In this document: positions 29,710 through 38,618 of the stretch, in pieces
Layout: the number at the start of each line of letters is the position of its first letter
How positions within the stretch are numbered: the stretch's first letter is position 1
Source: Candidatus Microgenomates bacterium
GTDB taxonomy: Bacteria > Patescibacteriota > Microgenomatia > UBA1400 > UBA12108
Direction of reading: 5' to 3'
Length of the DNA stretch: 64,000 nt
Assembly (NCBI GenBank): GCA_003576945.1
Contig: QEVC01000001.1
Span: 26,129 to 90,128 of the forward strand
The notes under the pieces: model-generated
The model's database searches: none
Told to the model about the DNA's origin: nothing
What the model saw: only the letters and a program-made list of their open reading frames with translations
Program-made: the position numbers and the translations under genes

Positions 29710-30348
29710 TTACTTGGCGATATTGGGGGCGACAACTGGCGTTTCATAGTCGGCGGCGGTAGTGAATTTTTGTCCCTTAACCGTGCTGTTATAGTAACCA
29801 TGAAAGAGCTTCATGAGGTTTTGGCTGTTTAGCTGTTGGGCGGTGAGACCAATACGGGTTAGCTGTTTAATAATATGGTCTCGTTTAGGTTCGAGATCTG
29901 CCTTGGCACGACTTAACAACTCTTCTGTTATTTCGACTTTGCCTGACAAGGTAACCATTTGGTAGGAAACGATAATATAAAACTTTTTATCGAGGACGTT
30001 TTGCTCCTGGATGGTGGTCTCTATAAAATTCCGGTACTGACTCATGCGTGTTTTCATGGTTTCGTCTTTTAGTTTTTTCTCCTGGGCAACGAGGAGTTCG
30101 AGGTAACTACTAATATCCTTTTTTTCAGACTTGATTACGATTTGAACGGGGAAACTAAGAGAGTTTAATAGACCGGCATAAGCATAGATGGTAGCGTCTT
30201 GCTCTTCCTCAGAGAGGAGGCCAAAGTTGATCGCGGAAGTTTGGATAACAACACTGATTAGGCCACCACGAAGCACAACAACATCGTCTTGAATGGTTTC
30301 TACTTCGAGGTGGTCTTGGGTGGTTGCGACAATAATAGAGTCGGACAT
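29710..30348 (-). CDS. Soluble protein with a VirB4-N-domain-like motif, function unknown
   Basis: VVVLRGGLISVVIQTSAINFGLLSEEEQDATIYAYAGLLNSLSFPVQIVIKS resembles the N-terminal module of Gram-positive VirB4 proteins. Inference only. Confidence 0.4.
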   Translation of the reverse strand: MSDSIIVATTQDHLEVETIQDDVVVLRGGLISVVIQTSAINFGLLSEEEQDATIYAYAGLLNSLSFPVQIVIKSEKKDISSYLELLVAQEKKLKDETMKTRMSQYRNFIETTIQEQNVLDKKFYIIVSYQMVTLSGKVEITEELLSRAKADLEPKRDHIIKQLTRIGLTAQQLNSQNLMKLFHGYYNSTVKGQKFTTAADYETPVVAPNIAK

Positions 30349-30501
30349 GATATTAGTATAACAGTTAGGGTTCGGCGCATTCCACCAGAAAAAGCGGTCT
30401 ATCTGAGTCTGGTGACTCAGCGACCTCGAGCTCGGGCTGCCCGCCCTGCGCTAAATTTTTCTTTGTGAAATTGCGCTTCACCCCTTTGTTAAGTTAACAA
30501 A
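30349..30501 (-). repeat. Copy 2 of the roughly 120-nt structured element in the 5' leader of the 212-aa gene
   Basis: See 29541-29709. There are compensatory substitutions in the hairpin. Confidence 0.6.
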
Positions 30502-31533
30502 CTAGGAGTTTGCCTGAATTTCAAATGGTTGGATAATTTGGTTTTGGACTATGAGTTGTTGGGCGGGAAAGGTGTGTCCATCCGCTTCAACCTCAATCCG
30601 GTACGTGCCGGGGGAGAGGGGCGTGCTGGTCGCAAATTGACCGAGAGCATTGGTTTTCATGGCTCGGGCGGGTACGCCGGTTCCATCTAGTACTTGAACA
30701 ATCGCGCCCTCGATAAGCTTGCCATCTTTACTAGTGGTGATCCCAACTATTAGGTTGGGACTACGGGGTGGGACGGGGAGGTTGATGGATTTTAGTTTGG
30801 TATTTGCGGCTGACTGTGGGGCGACCGCAACTGGTTTGGGGGATGCAGAAAAGATGAGGTTGTTGGGAACTGTAGCCTCTTGGGGTTTTTCGACTCTTGA
30901 TTTTGAGTCTACCACGGTAGTCGGTTGAACCTTAGGAACGACGATTGGCTTGGGAGGACTGACTGGAGGTGGAACTGTTTTTTCGGCGGCCTTTAATTTG
31001 CGGACAGTGATCGCCGGCTTGTCAAAAACGATGTCGGTTTGAGGTTTAGGGTCGGTAGTTGAGGTTATGGGCGCTGGGGCATTTGAAAAAAGAGTATTAA
31101 GCGATTTTACTTGAGAGTTTTCTGCATCACTGAGATCGGAGTCGGTGGCGAGAGAGACTTTTTGAGTAGGTGCCTTGATCGTTTTGGTGATAGTGTTAGT
31201 TGCGGCGATGGGATGGGCAGTAAAAGTAAAAATACTCGGAACCTTGTTGGTTTTTTTCCAGGTAAAGCGCGTGGGTTTGTAGATCGCATTTACAAAGTTA
31301 ATGATCCATTGGTCAAGGGGCCTGTCTTCGATGGGGAAAAATGCGAGGGCGATACCAAAGAAAACTGAAAGGAGAATCAAGGGAGCTTTAAAAATAAAAA
31401 GGAGATTACTACTATAGAAAAGGACGGCGAGGAGTAGGCCGGCGGCTAGTTCGAGAAACTGTTTGAGAGTCATGTCGCCCACGAGGCGGAACTGGTACTG
31501 GGTGACGTTTTGAGGGACAGGGTGCTGGTTCAT
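30502..31533 (-). CDS. Two-TM N-terminal (VirB3/PrgI-like?) membrane protein with a Pro-rich linker and a C-terminal beta-sandwich-like domain
   Basis: Start taken at ATG 31531-33 (MNQHPVPQNVTQYQFRLVGDMTLKQFLELAAGLLLAV...); the track used an upstream TTG. Two hydrophobic helices precede a PPVSPPKP linker. Confidence 0.4.
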   Translation of the reverse strand: MNQHPVPQNVTQYQFRLVGDMTLKQFLELAAGLLLAVLFYSSNLLFIFKAPLILLSVFFGIALAFFPIEDRPLDQWIINFVNAIYKPTRFTWKKTNKVPSIFTFTAHPIAATNTITKTIKAPTQKVSLATDSDLSDAENSQVKSLNTLFSNAPAPITSTTDPKPQTDIVFDKPAITVRKLKAAEKTVPPPVSPPKPIVVPKVQPTTVVDSKSRVEKPQEATVPNNLIFSASPKPVAVAPQSAANTKLKSINLPVPPRSPNLIVGITTSKDGKLIEGAIVQVLDGTGVPARAMKTNALGQFATSTPLSPGTYRIEVEADGHTFPAQQLIVQNQIIQPFEIQANS

Positions 31534-31580
31534 GAATATAGTATAAAGTACCAAGTAAAAAGTACCTAGTGTATGGGATT

Positions 31581-32189
31581 TTAGTTGGAGAAGGTGTAGG
31601 TGTGGCTGTCGGGGTCGAGACCATTTTCTTTGACCCAGTCGCGGACGGCGTTTATTATTTCACCGCGTTCTTCTACTCCAACTTTGAGGGTAATTTCGAG
31701 GTGCTTTGGACTTTTGTAGAGAATGGTAAAGCCAGGCGCCTCATATGGGATTTTGTTGGCCAAAGGATAATCACGCTTGATCTCGTCGACTACTTCTTGA
31801 TTGGCGCGGGGCTCGCTCTGTTGAGGAATAGTGGTAAAAGTGAGAGTTTTGAGGGGTTGATTGTTGTAGAAAATATTAAGCGTATATTCAGTATTTACGA
31901 ACAGGTATTTTTTTGACTGGAGCTTAACAATGTTGTTGGGAGCAGAGGTAATGTCCCAAGATTCTTCGGGGATAGAGGTAACTGACAAGAGATTGGGGTC
32001 GACGGCGGTAGCAAATTTAAGCTGAATAGGCTCGAGATAACTGACTTTGGTGGCGTAATCAGAAGGGATGGTGGCGAGAAGGGTGGGGAGGGGCGTGGGT
32101 GGAGTGATAAAGAACGAGAAGATTAATAAGCCGAGAGAGATAATAGCGAGAGCAATGAGAAAGGGTTTTTTGGTTAAGAAATGGAACAT
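31581..32189 (-). CDS. N-terminally anchored extracytoplasmic protein (possible VirB8-like role)
   Basis: 202 aa with a TM at residues about 9-30. Functional assignment is inference. Confidence 0.35.
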   Translation of the reverse strand: MFHFLTKKPFLIALAIISLGLLIFSFFITPPTPLPTLLATIPSDYATKVSYLEPIQLKFATAVDPNLLSVTSIPEESWDITSAPNNIVKLQSKKYLFVNTEYTLNIFYNNQPLKTLTFTTIPQQSEPRANQEVVDEIKRDYPLANKIPYEAPGFTILYKSPKHLEITLKVGVEERGEIINAVRDWVKENGLDPDSHTYTFSN

Positions 32190-32198
32190 AGGGTTAGT

Positions 32199-35087
32199 TT
32201 AGATTTTTTTAAGACAACCAGCAACCCGACTACTAAGCCAGGTACAACCATCGGGTCCGCGGACAACCCCGTTACCACCACCATTAGCGTCGGCACAGCG
32301 GATAGTGGCGCCGCCATTGTCAATAAACACGCCGACGTGGCCATAACCACCAGTAGTCGTATCGACAAAGAAATCTCCTGGACTACAACTACCGATGCCG
32401 AGGACGGGCTTGTAGCCGGTGGGTGGGCTCGCAAGCAGAGTTTTGGCGTCGCCAAAACCAGAACCAGCACCACCATTGGCGACGTCGATCGCGCGGACAA
32501 AACCTACACATTGGAGGTAGGTGTAATTGGTGGCCGACTCTTTTAAGACAGCAATAGCGCTTTGAGCGAGAGTGCTGGCGAGGACGCACTGCCAACTATT
32601 GCCGTTTGCGTTGCTGGAGGTGAGAGGGTTAATGCCACACTTGCTTAGTATCTCAACGATACAGGCGGCAGTCTGGATGCGTGAGTTATTTTTGCCCCCA
32701 CCTTCGCCACTATCACAGAGGAGACTACCTATAAATTGACCTGCGCCGGAGTCGAGACTGAGGTTGACGTCGAGACGAGTAGTAACATCTAGATCAGAAA
32801 GGTTAGTAATATTTACAAAACTCATTACCCCAATAATTATGAGAGCGAGCATAAGCGACCCTAGAGTCAATGTAAAAACTCCACCGAGAAATATTCCCAG
32901 GCCCGTAAATATGCCAGCAAACAATCTCCCAATATTAAGGGTTGCAAGGAAGGCAGATATTGCGAGTCCCCAACCCACAACAGTTTCTCGAAACCTGCCA
33001 TCTTTAAAGAATTTTTTGAGAAAACTCCAACCCGCAGAGATTAAGTCCAGGGCAAGACTACCCACAAAGAGTACTGTGCCGATAATAGTACCAGATGAGG
33101 CGATGGCACCAATCAGCTTAGCCCCAGTTTTGGCTAAAGCCTTACCCCCAATTTTGATTAAAAAGCGGGTAGTGGCGCGGCCTGCTTGGATCCCTACGTA
33201 TTTACCAACATCTGATAGTCCGACCTTAGCAAGACTCCACTTAATGGCTTTACCCCACTGCCTACTGGCAAAAGCCGTAGTGGCTCCACCAACTGTGTGT
33301 CCGCCTAGCTCAAAATATTTGAGACCCCAGTTGATGACTGGTCTGGCAGGCTCTAGGACAACTTTCCACCCTTTATACTTGCCTGCTCCTTCTGCTAGCC
33401 ACCTAGTCGTGGTGACTTTTTTCCATTCGTCTAAGCGATCTTGGATCCAGGGGGCAATGCGAAAGAGGGGGATTTTGGTACCAGGAATTGTGACGTGTTC
33501 GGCGATTTCGTCCCATTTATCAAAAGCTCTGTGGAGAAGTTTTTTGCCTGTGATGGTTTCTTCAAAATCGATCCAGGAGTCAAGAATTTTGGTTTGAGCT
33601 TCATAAAGGCGAGATCTAGCATCAAGTACGCGGCGACCCCAGTGTGCACGGGAGATTTCGCGACGTTCAATGGGAGTTAGGCTAGTATAATAACTAAGGT
33701 CAGCATTAAGATGTCGGGCATTAATAATAAAATCAACATCGATGTTTTTGCCAGGCTTATTACTTTCTGCCTGGTAGGCATCGTAGAGGTTGTCAAATTT
33801 TGTATTATTTTTTGTGTTGTAGGCGAGGAGGAGCTGATCCTTTTTGGTACTAAGCCTCGCTTCGGTTTTGAGATATTGATGTTCATCGCGGAGAAAGAGA
33901 GTGGGATTAATACCTTTTTGAACTAGACTCCATTCGCGGCGCGTAAGACGATAGTTGTTAAGAGTTTCGACTTTTTGATTTTGGATGTACTCGAGTGAGA
34001 CGTCAAACCCTTGATTTTTGATACTGCTGCCTAGGTCGGTGAGAATAGAGGGTGAAATACTTAACTGCTGGCCAGTAAGAGTCATTAATTCATCAAAACT
34101 GCGTTTTTCGGTAGCACTACTAGTGGTAGTTTTGAGGAGAGTGGTAACAAGACGCGTTCGATCCGTTTCATTTAGGTTAGGGAGCGCGGAGGAGAGGCGA
34201 GACTTTAGCTCTGTTTCGTTTAAGAGCTGAGAGGAGAGCGAGCGAGCCGCCTCGAGGCGACGCGTTTCGTAGGTTTCGACAAACTCATTACCACCAAACT
34301 CTTTGACTATATTGTTAACAAGTTCTCTGGTTTGACGACTAGTCTTTTCTTCTTTGACGTAGGTGAGGAGGTCGGAACTTTCGGGGTAGGACTGTTTAAT
34401 GAGATCAGTTAGTTTGGAAGCTACAGCAAAATCTTTAACTTGATCACTCCCACCAGTACTCCCGGCGGCATGGAGGTCGCTTAAGTTGGCGGTTATGATG
34501 CGGGCAAACTGGGCGCGGAGGGCGGCTTCGCTAATACTGGTTCTACCTGGGGGGAGAATATCTCTAATTAATTTTTGGGGAACGACACCAGTATTTGCAT
34601 ATTTGAGGGCCTCAAAATACATTTTTGTATAGAGGTCGTACTGCTTGCCGGGGTCGTAGGAGGATGTTTTGACGATCGCCACGTCGAGTTTTTTGGCACG
34701 GAGAGCAGCGATGTTTTCGATACGCGCGGCAGTTAAGAGTTTGTTGGGATCTTGGACTTCTTTGGCAAAAATGAGAGAGGCACTACGAGCAAACTCTTCT
34801 TCACTCTTAATTCTACCCAGCTTTTCTTGATCCTCTTTGTTAATGCCCTTGACGTAGATTAAGTAGTCGAGGACGAGCTGTTTTGCTTCGGTAATGCTAA
34901 TGTATTCGGGTTCTTGCCCATTATCGACTGGGAGAGATACACCGCGGCTACCACCGACTATTTCTGCCTGGGAGGAGAGCTGCTCTAGGAGCCATTCTTG
35001 GATGAATTGGCGATTGGCGCCTTCTGACAACCCTCGGTTGTTTTTATAAAAAGTGGATTGTTGGTAGGTGATGAGTCGACGAGCCAT
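32199..35087 (-). CDS. Large membrane-spanning protein with a C-terminal CHAP-domain peptidoglycan hydrolase (VirB1/PrgK-like role)
   Basis: 962 aa: an about 650-aa N-domain without a signal peptide, 3-4 TM helices (about 660-760), and C-terminal YLQCVGFVRAI...GDFFVD...GYGHVGVFID, the Cys/His CHAP catalytic pattern. Confidence 0.6.
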   Translation of the reverse strand: MARRLITYQQSTFYKNNRGLSEGANRQFIQEWLLEQLSSQAEIVGGSRGVSLPVDNGQEPEYISITEAKQLVLDYLIYVKGINKEDQEKLGRIKSEEEFARSASLIFAKEVQDPNKLLTAARIENIAALRAKKLDVAIVKTSSYDPGKQYDLYTKMYFEALKYANTGVVPQKLIRDILPPGRTSISEAALRAQFARIITANLSDLHAAGSTGGSDQVKDFAVASKLTDLIKQSYPESSDLLTYVKEEKTSRQTRELVNNIVKEFGGNEFVETYETRRLEAARSLSSQLLNETELKSRLSSALPNLNETDRTRLVTTLLKTTTSSATEKRSFDELMTLTGQQLSISPSILTDLGSSIKNQGFDVSLEYIQNQKVETLNNYRLTRREWSLVQKGINPTLFLRDEHQYLKTEARLSTKKDQLLLAYNTKNNTKFDNLYDAYQAESNKPGKNIDVDFIINARHLNADLSYYTSLTPIERREISRAHWGRRVLDARSRLYEAQTKILDSWIDFEETITGKKLLHRAFDKWDEIAEHVTIPGTKIPLFRIAPWIQDRLDEWKKVTTTRWLAEGAGKYKGWKVVLEPARPVINWGLKYFELGGHTVGGATTAFASRQWGKAIKWSLAKVGLSDVGKYVGIQAGRATTRFLIKIGGKALAKTGAKLIGAIASSGTIIGTVLFVGSLALDLISAGWSFLKKFFKDGRFRETVVGWGLAISAFLATLNIGRLFAGIFTGLGIFLGGVFTLTLGSLMLALIIIGVMSFVNITNLSDLDVTTRLDVNLSLDSGAGQFIGSLLCDSGEGGGKNNSRIQTAACIVEILSKCGINPLTSSNANGNSWQCVLASTLAQSAIAVLKESATNYTYLQCVGFVRAIDVANGGAGSGFGDAKTLLASPPTGYKPVLGIGSCSPGDFFVDTTTGGYGHVGVFIDNGGATIRCADANGGGNGVVRGPDGCTWLSSRVAGCLKKI

Positions 35088-35135
35088 AGGCTAATTGTAA
35101 CATTGCATCTGGTGTGGTGTGGTAGAATTGGAAGA

Positions 35136-38100
35136 ATGAACAGTGGTGAGCAAGAAAGCAACAAGAAGAATAAAAAAGAGGCGGAAAAAAAGAGCCCGAA
35201 TGCCGTTGAAAGCAAGGTTTCGATCGAGGAATTGTTGTTGGTAGTATTTGCGAGAAGAAGTGTAGAACAGTTAAAGGTAACTCTTGAGAGTGGCCAAAAA
35301 ATTAGTGACGAGGCGATGAAGATGATTGTTAAAAGGGTGTCGGGAGAGATTGATAACCAGGAGCAGAAGGATTTGCTTGGATTAATTGTTAAGCAGGTTG
35401 AGGGTAAAAAAGATGAGAGAGATATGGCTCGAGACAACCTTGCAAAACTACTGCAATTGCAGGATGAGAACTTGGTGGGCAAGAAAAAAACTAGCAAAAA
35501 GAAAAATGCCAAAAGTGAAAAACCTAGTAAAGGACAAGAGACTGACGCCGAAAAACTGATTTCTTTTGTAACTAAGGACAAGAAAGACATTAATCGTGAA
35601 GGTATAAGCACAATTTGGGCTGATACCGCAAAGGAACTTGGGAGGTTAAAAGAGAAGAGTGGGGGTGATCAAATTCGTGCAATTGAGAGCGCTATACACT
35701 CTTCGATGGTGAATACCAAGAATTCAATCGAAAAAGGACTAAATGAGCCAATGTCAAAAGAGAACAAGGAAGATATCCTTAAAGAAACTAAAAATCTTTA
35801 TGACAAATACGCAGAGAAAAATCAGCGCAGAAATATTGCTAAGTTGGGGTGGAGAGAGAGACAAGATTTAAAACGTGACAATATTGTCATCGGTCGAGGA
35901 ATGAAGATAGTTAATGATTTTGTCGAAATTGCTGGAGACGAAAAGAAGGTTAAAGATCTATTCAAAAAAAAGACACAAAAAGATTATCTGGAGCTATTCG
36001 CATTTATGGATCTAATGGAAGAAAAAGCTGACACGGAAAATTTTGCGGAACTATATGAAGTTTCAAGGCGGATACAGGAATCTTGGGATCAGAATATCGT
36101 AGAGGAAACTAGGGAAAGTTCTAGGAAACTTACAGATGAAGATAGACAGGAAGTTAAGAAGCGCGTGAAGAAGCAGGAAATACCAGAGCTTGAACGAGTA
36201 GAAGACATGGTGAACTGGTTAATCGACAACAACGTTTTAAATGACGAGATGGCTAGTAGGATGAGTGAGGAGCAGATCCTAGACTTTTATCGGAACCTAA
36301 AAGATACTTTAGAGATGCGGGCTAGCGGATACTCGATTGGTGGCGGCGCTGAGCGATATCGCAATGTCGATTATGCAAAATATTTGCCAGAGCTTAATGA
36401 GGCAATAAAAAAGAAATGGCGCGAAGCAGGTCTTGATGTTGGTAAGTTGGGAGAGGCAATTCCCGACATAGAGGCAATATTGAACGGGTCGAAAGATGCG
36501 TTTGTAAATACGAATTTACCACTAGAGGCTAAAAAAATACTTGAGGATGTAATATTTCAGGAACTTTTACAGGGGGCCAGGGTTTTGGTTAGTGAGTCAG
36601 TTGATCGAAACATGATGTATTACGATAATCGGGCGACGAAATACCTCACCCTCTTAGCTTTGAGAGGACTAGATACTACCCTAAAAGATACGGTCACTAA
36701 CCACATGATATTACAGCAGTTATCTTTTGCGTGGCGCAATGGCTACGTGGATGAAGAATTGTATGGGAAAGTAATGGATTTTTGGTCGAGACAAGGACCA
36801 GAGTACCGTTTATTTGAAGAGATGAAGCGGAATGAAACGGTATTGATTAAAGACAAAGAAGGTAAAGAGGTCTTAGTTTCGCTAGAGTTAAACATGCACG
36901 ATTTTGAGGGGACAATGGCTCAGAATGTGGCAGATGAGGATAAAGAAGCGGTGGGAATGCCATTAGATATAGATAGATCCTGGGGAACTGTCGCCGCGCG
37001 GAAAACAGAAAAAGAATCAATGAAGTCTGATCGAAGAGTCCTTACTCGACGAGCCCTGATTAATAAATATGGAATAGACGAATATAATCGGTTGGCAAAG
37101 AAAGCTGGTGGAGAGGAAAACCTAGTAGGTCAAATCGTTGACAACTACGGAGATTATATAAACAGGGTATATCTTTACTGGATTGGTACAGGACGACTTG
37201 GCGAGATAGTGGGTAACGCATCGTTTGATAACAACAAGTTTGATTTACCACAAGGCATTCCAGAGTATTATATGAAACGTGATCCAAGATTGTTAGTTTG
37301 GTTTTTGTGGAAGTACACACCAGTACGAGTGCCAGAGGCGCTTTTTGGTTTAGCTCGGATGGGACTTCCCTCGTTCCATGCCGCAAACAAGGGCGAGAGT
37401 GCAGCACATTTTATAGGTACTAGAGACACAACAGAGGGCGGAGCTGGGTCACGTCGAGCGTTTTACGACAACAATAGCGATAAGTTTACCAGCGTCCAAC
37501 TAGATAAGTTTTCGGAGAAGTTTGCAAAAGTATTTAAAAAAGCATTGTATAACGATGACGAGTTTACATATAGTGAGAAGAATCCCTATTTTAAAGCGAT
37601 TTCTCACTTGCAATCGGATAAGTATAACCCCCGACGAAACAATACTGAGACTATAGATATACTATTGGGCTTTGAGGCTACTGAAAAAGATGATAACTTC
37701 TTTGAGGCAATATCTTGGGAATGGGCTAAATTACATTATTCCCACGACAAACAGCTTGTTAATTTCTTAAATTCCAAAGCTAGTGGTCGCGATAAATTTA
37801 AGTTTTTTGCTAAACGATTTAATGACGGATTCTTCTTAACGACTGCGCTTAAGGCTAAGCGGGGAGATGATGCCAAGAAATATAGATTCAACTATCAGGG
37901 CGAGGACATGAAAGCGGTTATTGAATACGCCAATAACCCCGAGCCTGAGAACTTAATGAAGATATTGTCAATTGTGGCGAGTATTGTAGGGGACGAAATT
38001 GGTGAGGCGCGTGACGCTAATCTAGAGATAGCGTATGAAATACTTAAGGAGCGGGAGGTTGGAGAGGCATTAGATGTTATTAAATATAATGGGGGGTCGG

Positions 38101-38588
38101 TGGCATTTAGTAATAAAGATTATGTCGGGGCAAATAAGGGCGAGTTCCCATTACCAGAAATGACGAAAGTTCCACATAACCCGCTTGACAAAGACATTCC
38201 CACTCATAGTACGGCGGCATATCGTGGACTAGAGCATAAAGTGTATGAGGGGGAAATGTTAATGAAGGTATTAATGCGCAATGCGAGGGCGGCTAATCTA
38301 TATAGAGACGACCATGAATATCGAGAAAAGCGAAAAGAAGCAAAATTGGAATACTTTAAGGAATCTTTACCACGACTTCATTGGGATAACAAGATTGCGT
38401 GGTACTGGAATGTTCTGAATAACGGAAAGCATTTATGGGATGTAGTGACCTTTAAGAAACTTACAAACTATATCGCGATAGAGATATTCCAATTACCACC
38501 CCACTTATTCTGGGAGTGGCTTTTTGAAAATAGTGAAAAATCATGGGAAACTACCATGAAAGTTTTTGCAGGACACGGTGGTCACTAA
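35136..38588 (+). CDS. Giant hydrophilic protein of unknown function (about 1150 aa, Lys/Glu-rich N-terminus)
   Basis: Uninterrupted ORF. The start is moved to ATG 35136 (MNSGEQESNKK). No TM, Walker or nuclease motifs recognised. Divergently transcribed from the CHAP-protein operon. Confidence 0.45.
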   Translation: MNSGEQESNKKNKKEAEKKSPNAVESKVSIEELLLVVFARRSVEQLKVTLESGQKISDEAMKMIVKRVSGEIDNQEQKDLLGLIVKQVEGKKDERDMARDNLAKLLQLQDENLVGKKKTSKKKNAKSEKPSKGQETDAEKLISFVTKDKKDINREGISTIWADTAKELGRLKEKSGGDQIRAIESAIHSSMVNTKNSIEKGLNEPMSKENKEDILKETKNLYDKYAEKNQRRNIAKLGWRERQDLKRDNIVIGRGMKIVNDFVEIAGDEKKVKDLFKKKTQKDYLELFAFMDLMEEKADTENFAELYEVSRRIQESWDQNIVEETRESSRKLTDEDRQEVKKRVKKQEIPELERVEDMVNWLIDNNVLNDEMASRMSEEQILDFYRNLKDTLEMRASGYSIGGGAERYRNVDYAKYLPELNEAIKKKWREAGLDVGKLGEAIPDIEAILNGSKDAFVNTNLPLEAKKILEDVIFQELLQGARVLVSESVDRNMMYYDNRATKYLTLLALRGLDTTLKDTVTNHMILQQLSFAWRNGYVDEELYGKVMDFWSRQGPEYRLFEEMKRNETVLIKDKEGKEVLVSLELNMHDFEGTMAQNVADEDKEAVGMPLDIDRSWGTVAARKTEKESMKSDRRVLTRRALINKYGIDEYNRLAKKAGGEENLVGQIVDNYGDYINRVYLYWIGTGRLGEIVGNASFDNNKFDLPQGIPEYYMKRDPRLLVWFLWKYTPVRVPEALFGLARMGLPSFHAANKGESAAHFIGTRDTTEGGAGSRRAFYDNNSDKFTSVQLDKFSEKFAKVFKKALYNDDEFTYSEKNPYFKAISHLQSDKYNPRRNNTETIDILLGFEATEKDDNFFEAISWEWAKLHYSHDKQLVNFLNSKASGRDKFKFFAKRFNDGFFLTTALKAKRGDDAKKYRFNYQGEDMKAVIEYANNPEPENLMKILSIVASIVGDEIGEARDANLEIAYEILKEREVGEALDVIKYNGGSVAFSNKDYVGANKGEFPLPEMTKVPHNPLDKDIPTHSTAAYRGLEHKVYEGEMLMKVLMRNARAANLYRDDHEYREKRKEAKLEYFKESLPRLHWDNKIAWYWNVLNNGKHLWDVVTFKKLTNYIAIEIFQLPPHLFWEWLFENSEKSWETTMKVFAGHGGH

Positions 38589-38618
38589 TAGTTTTCTAAA
38601 GGTTAAATTGTGAGAAGA

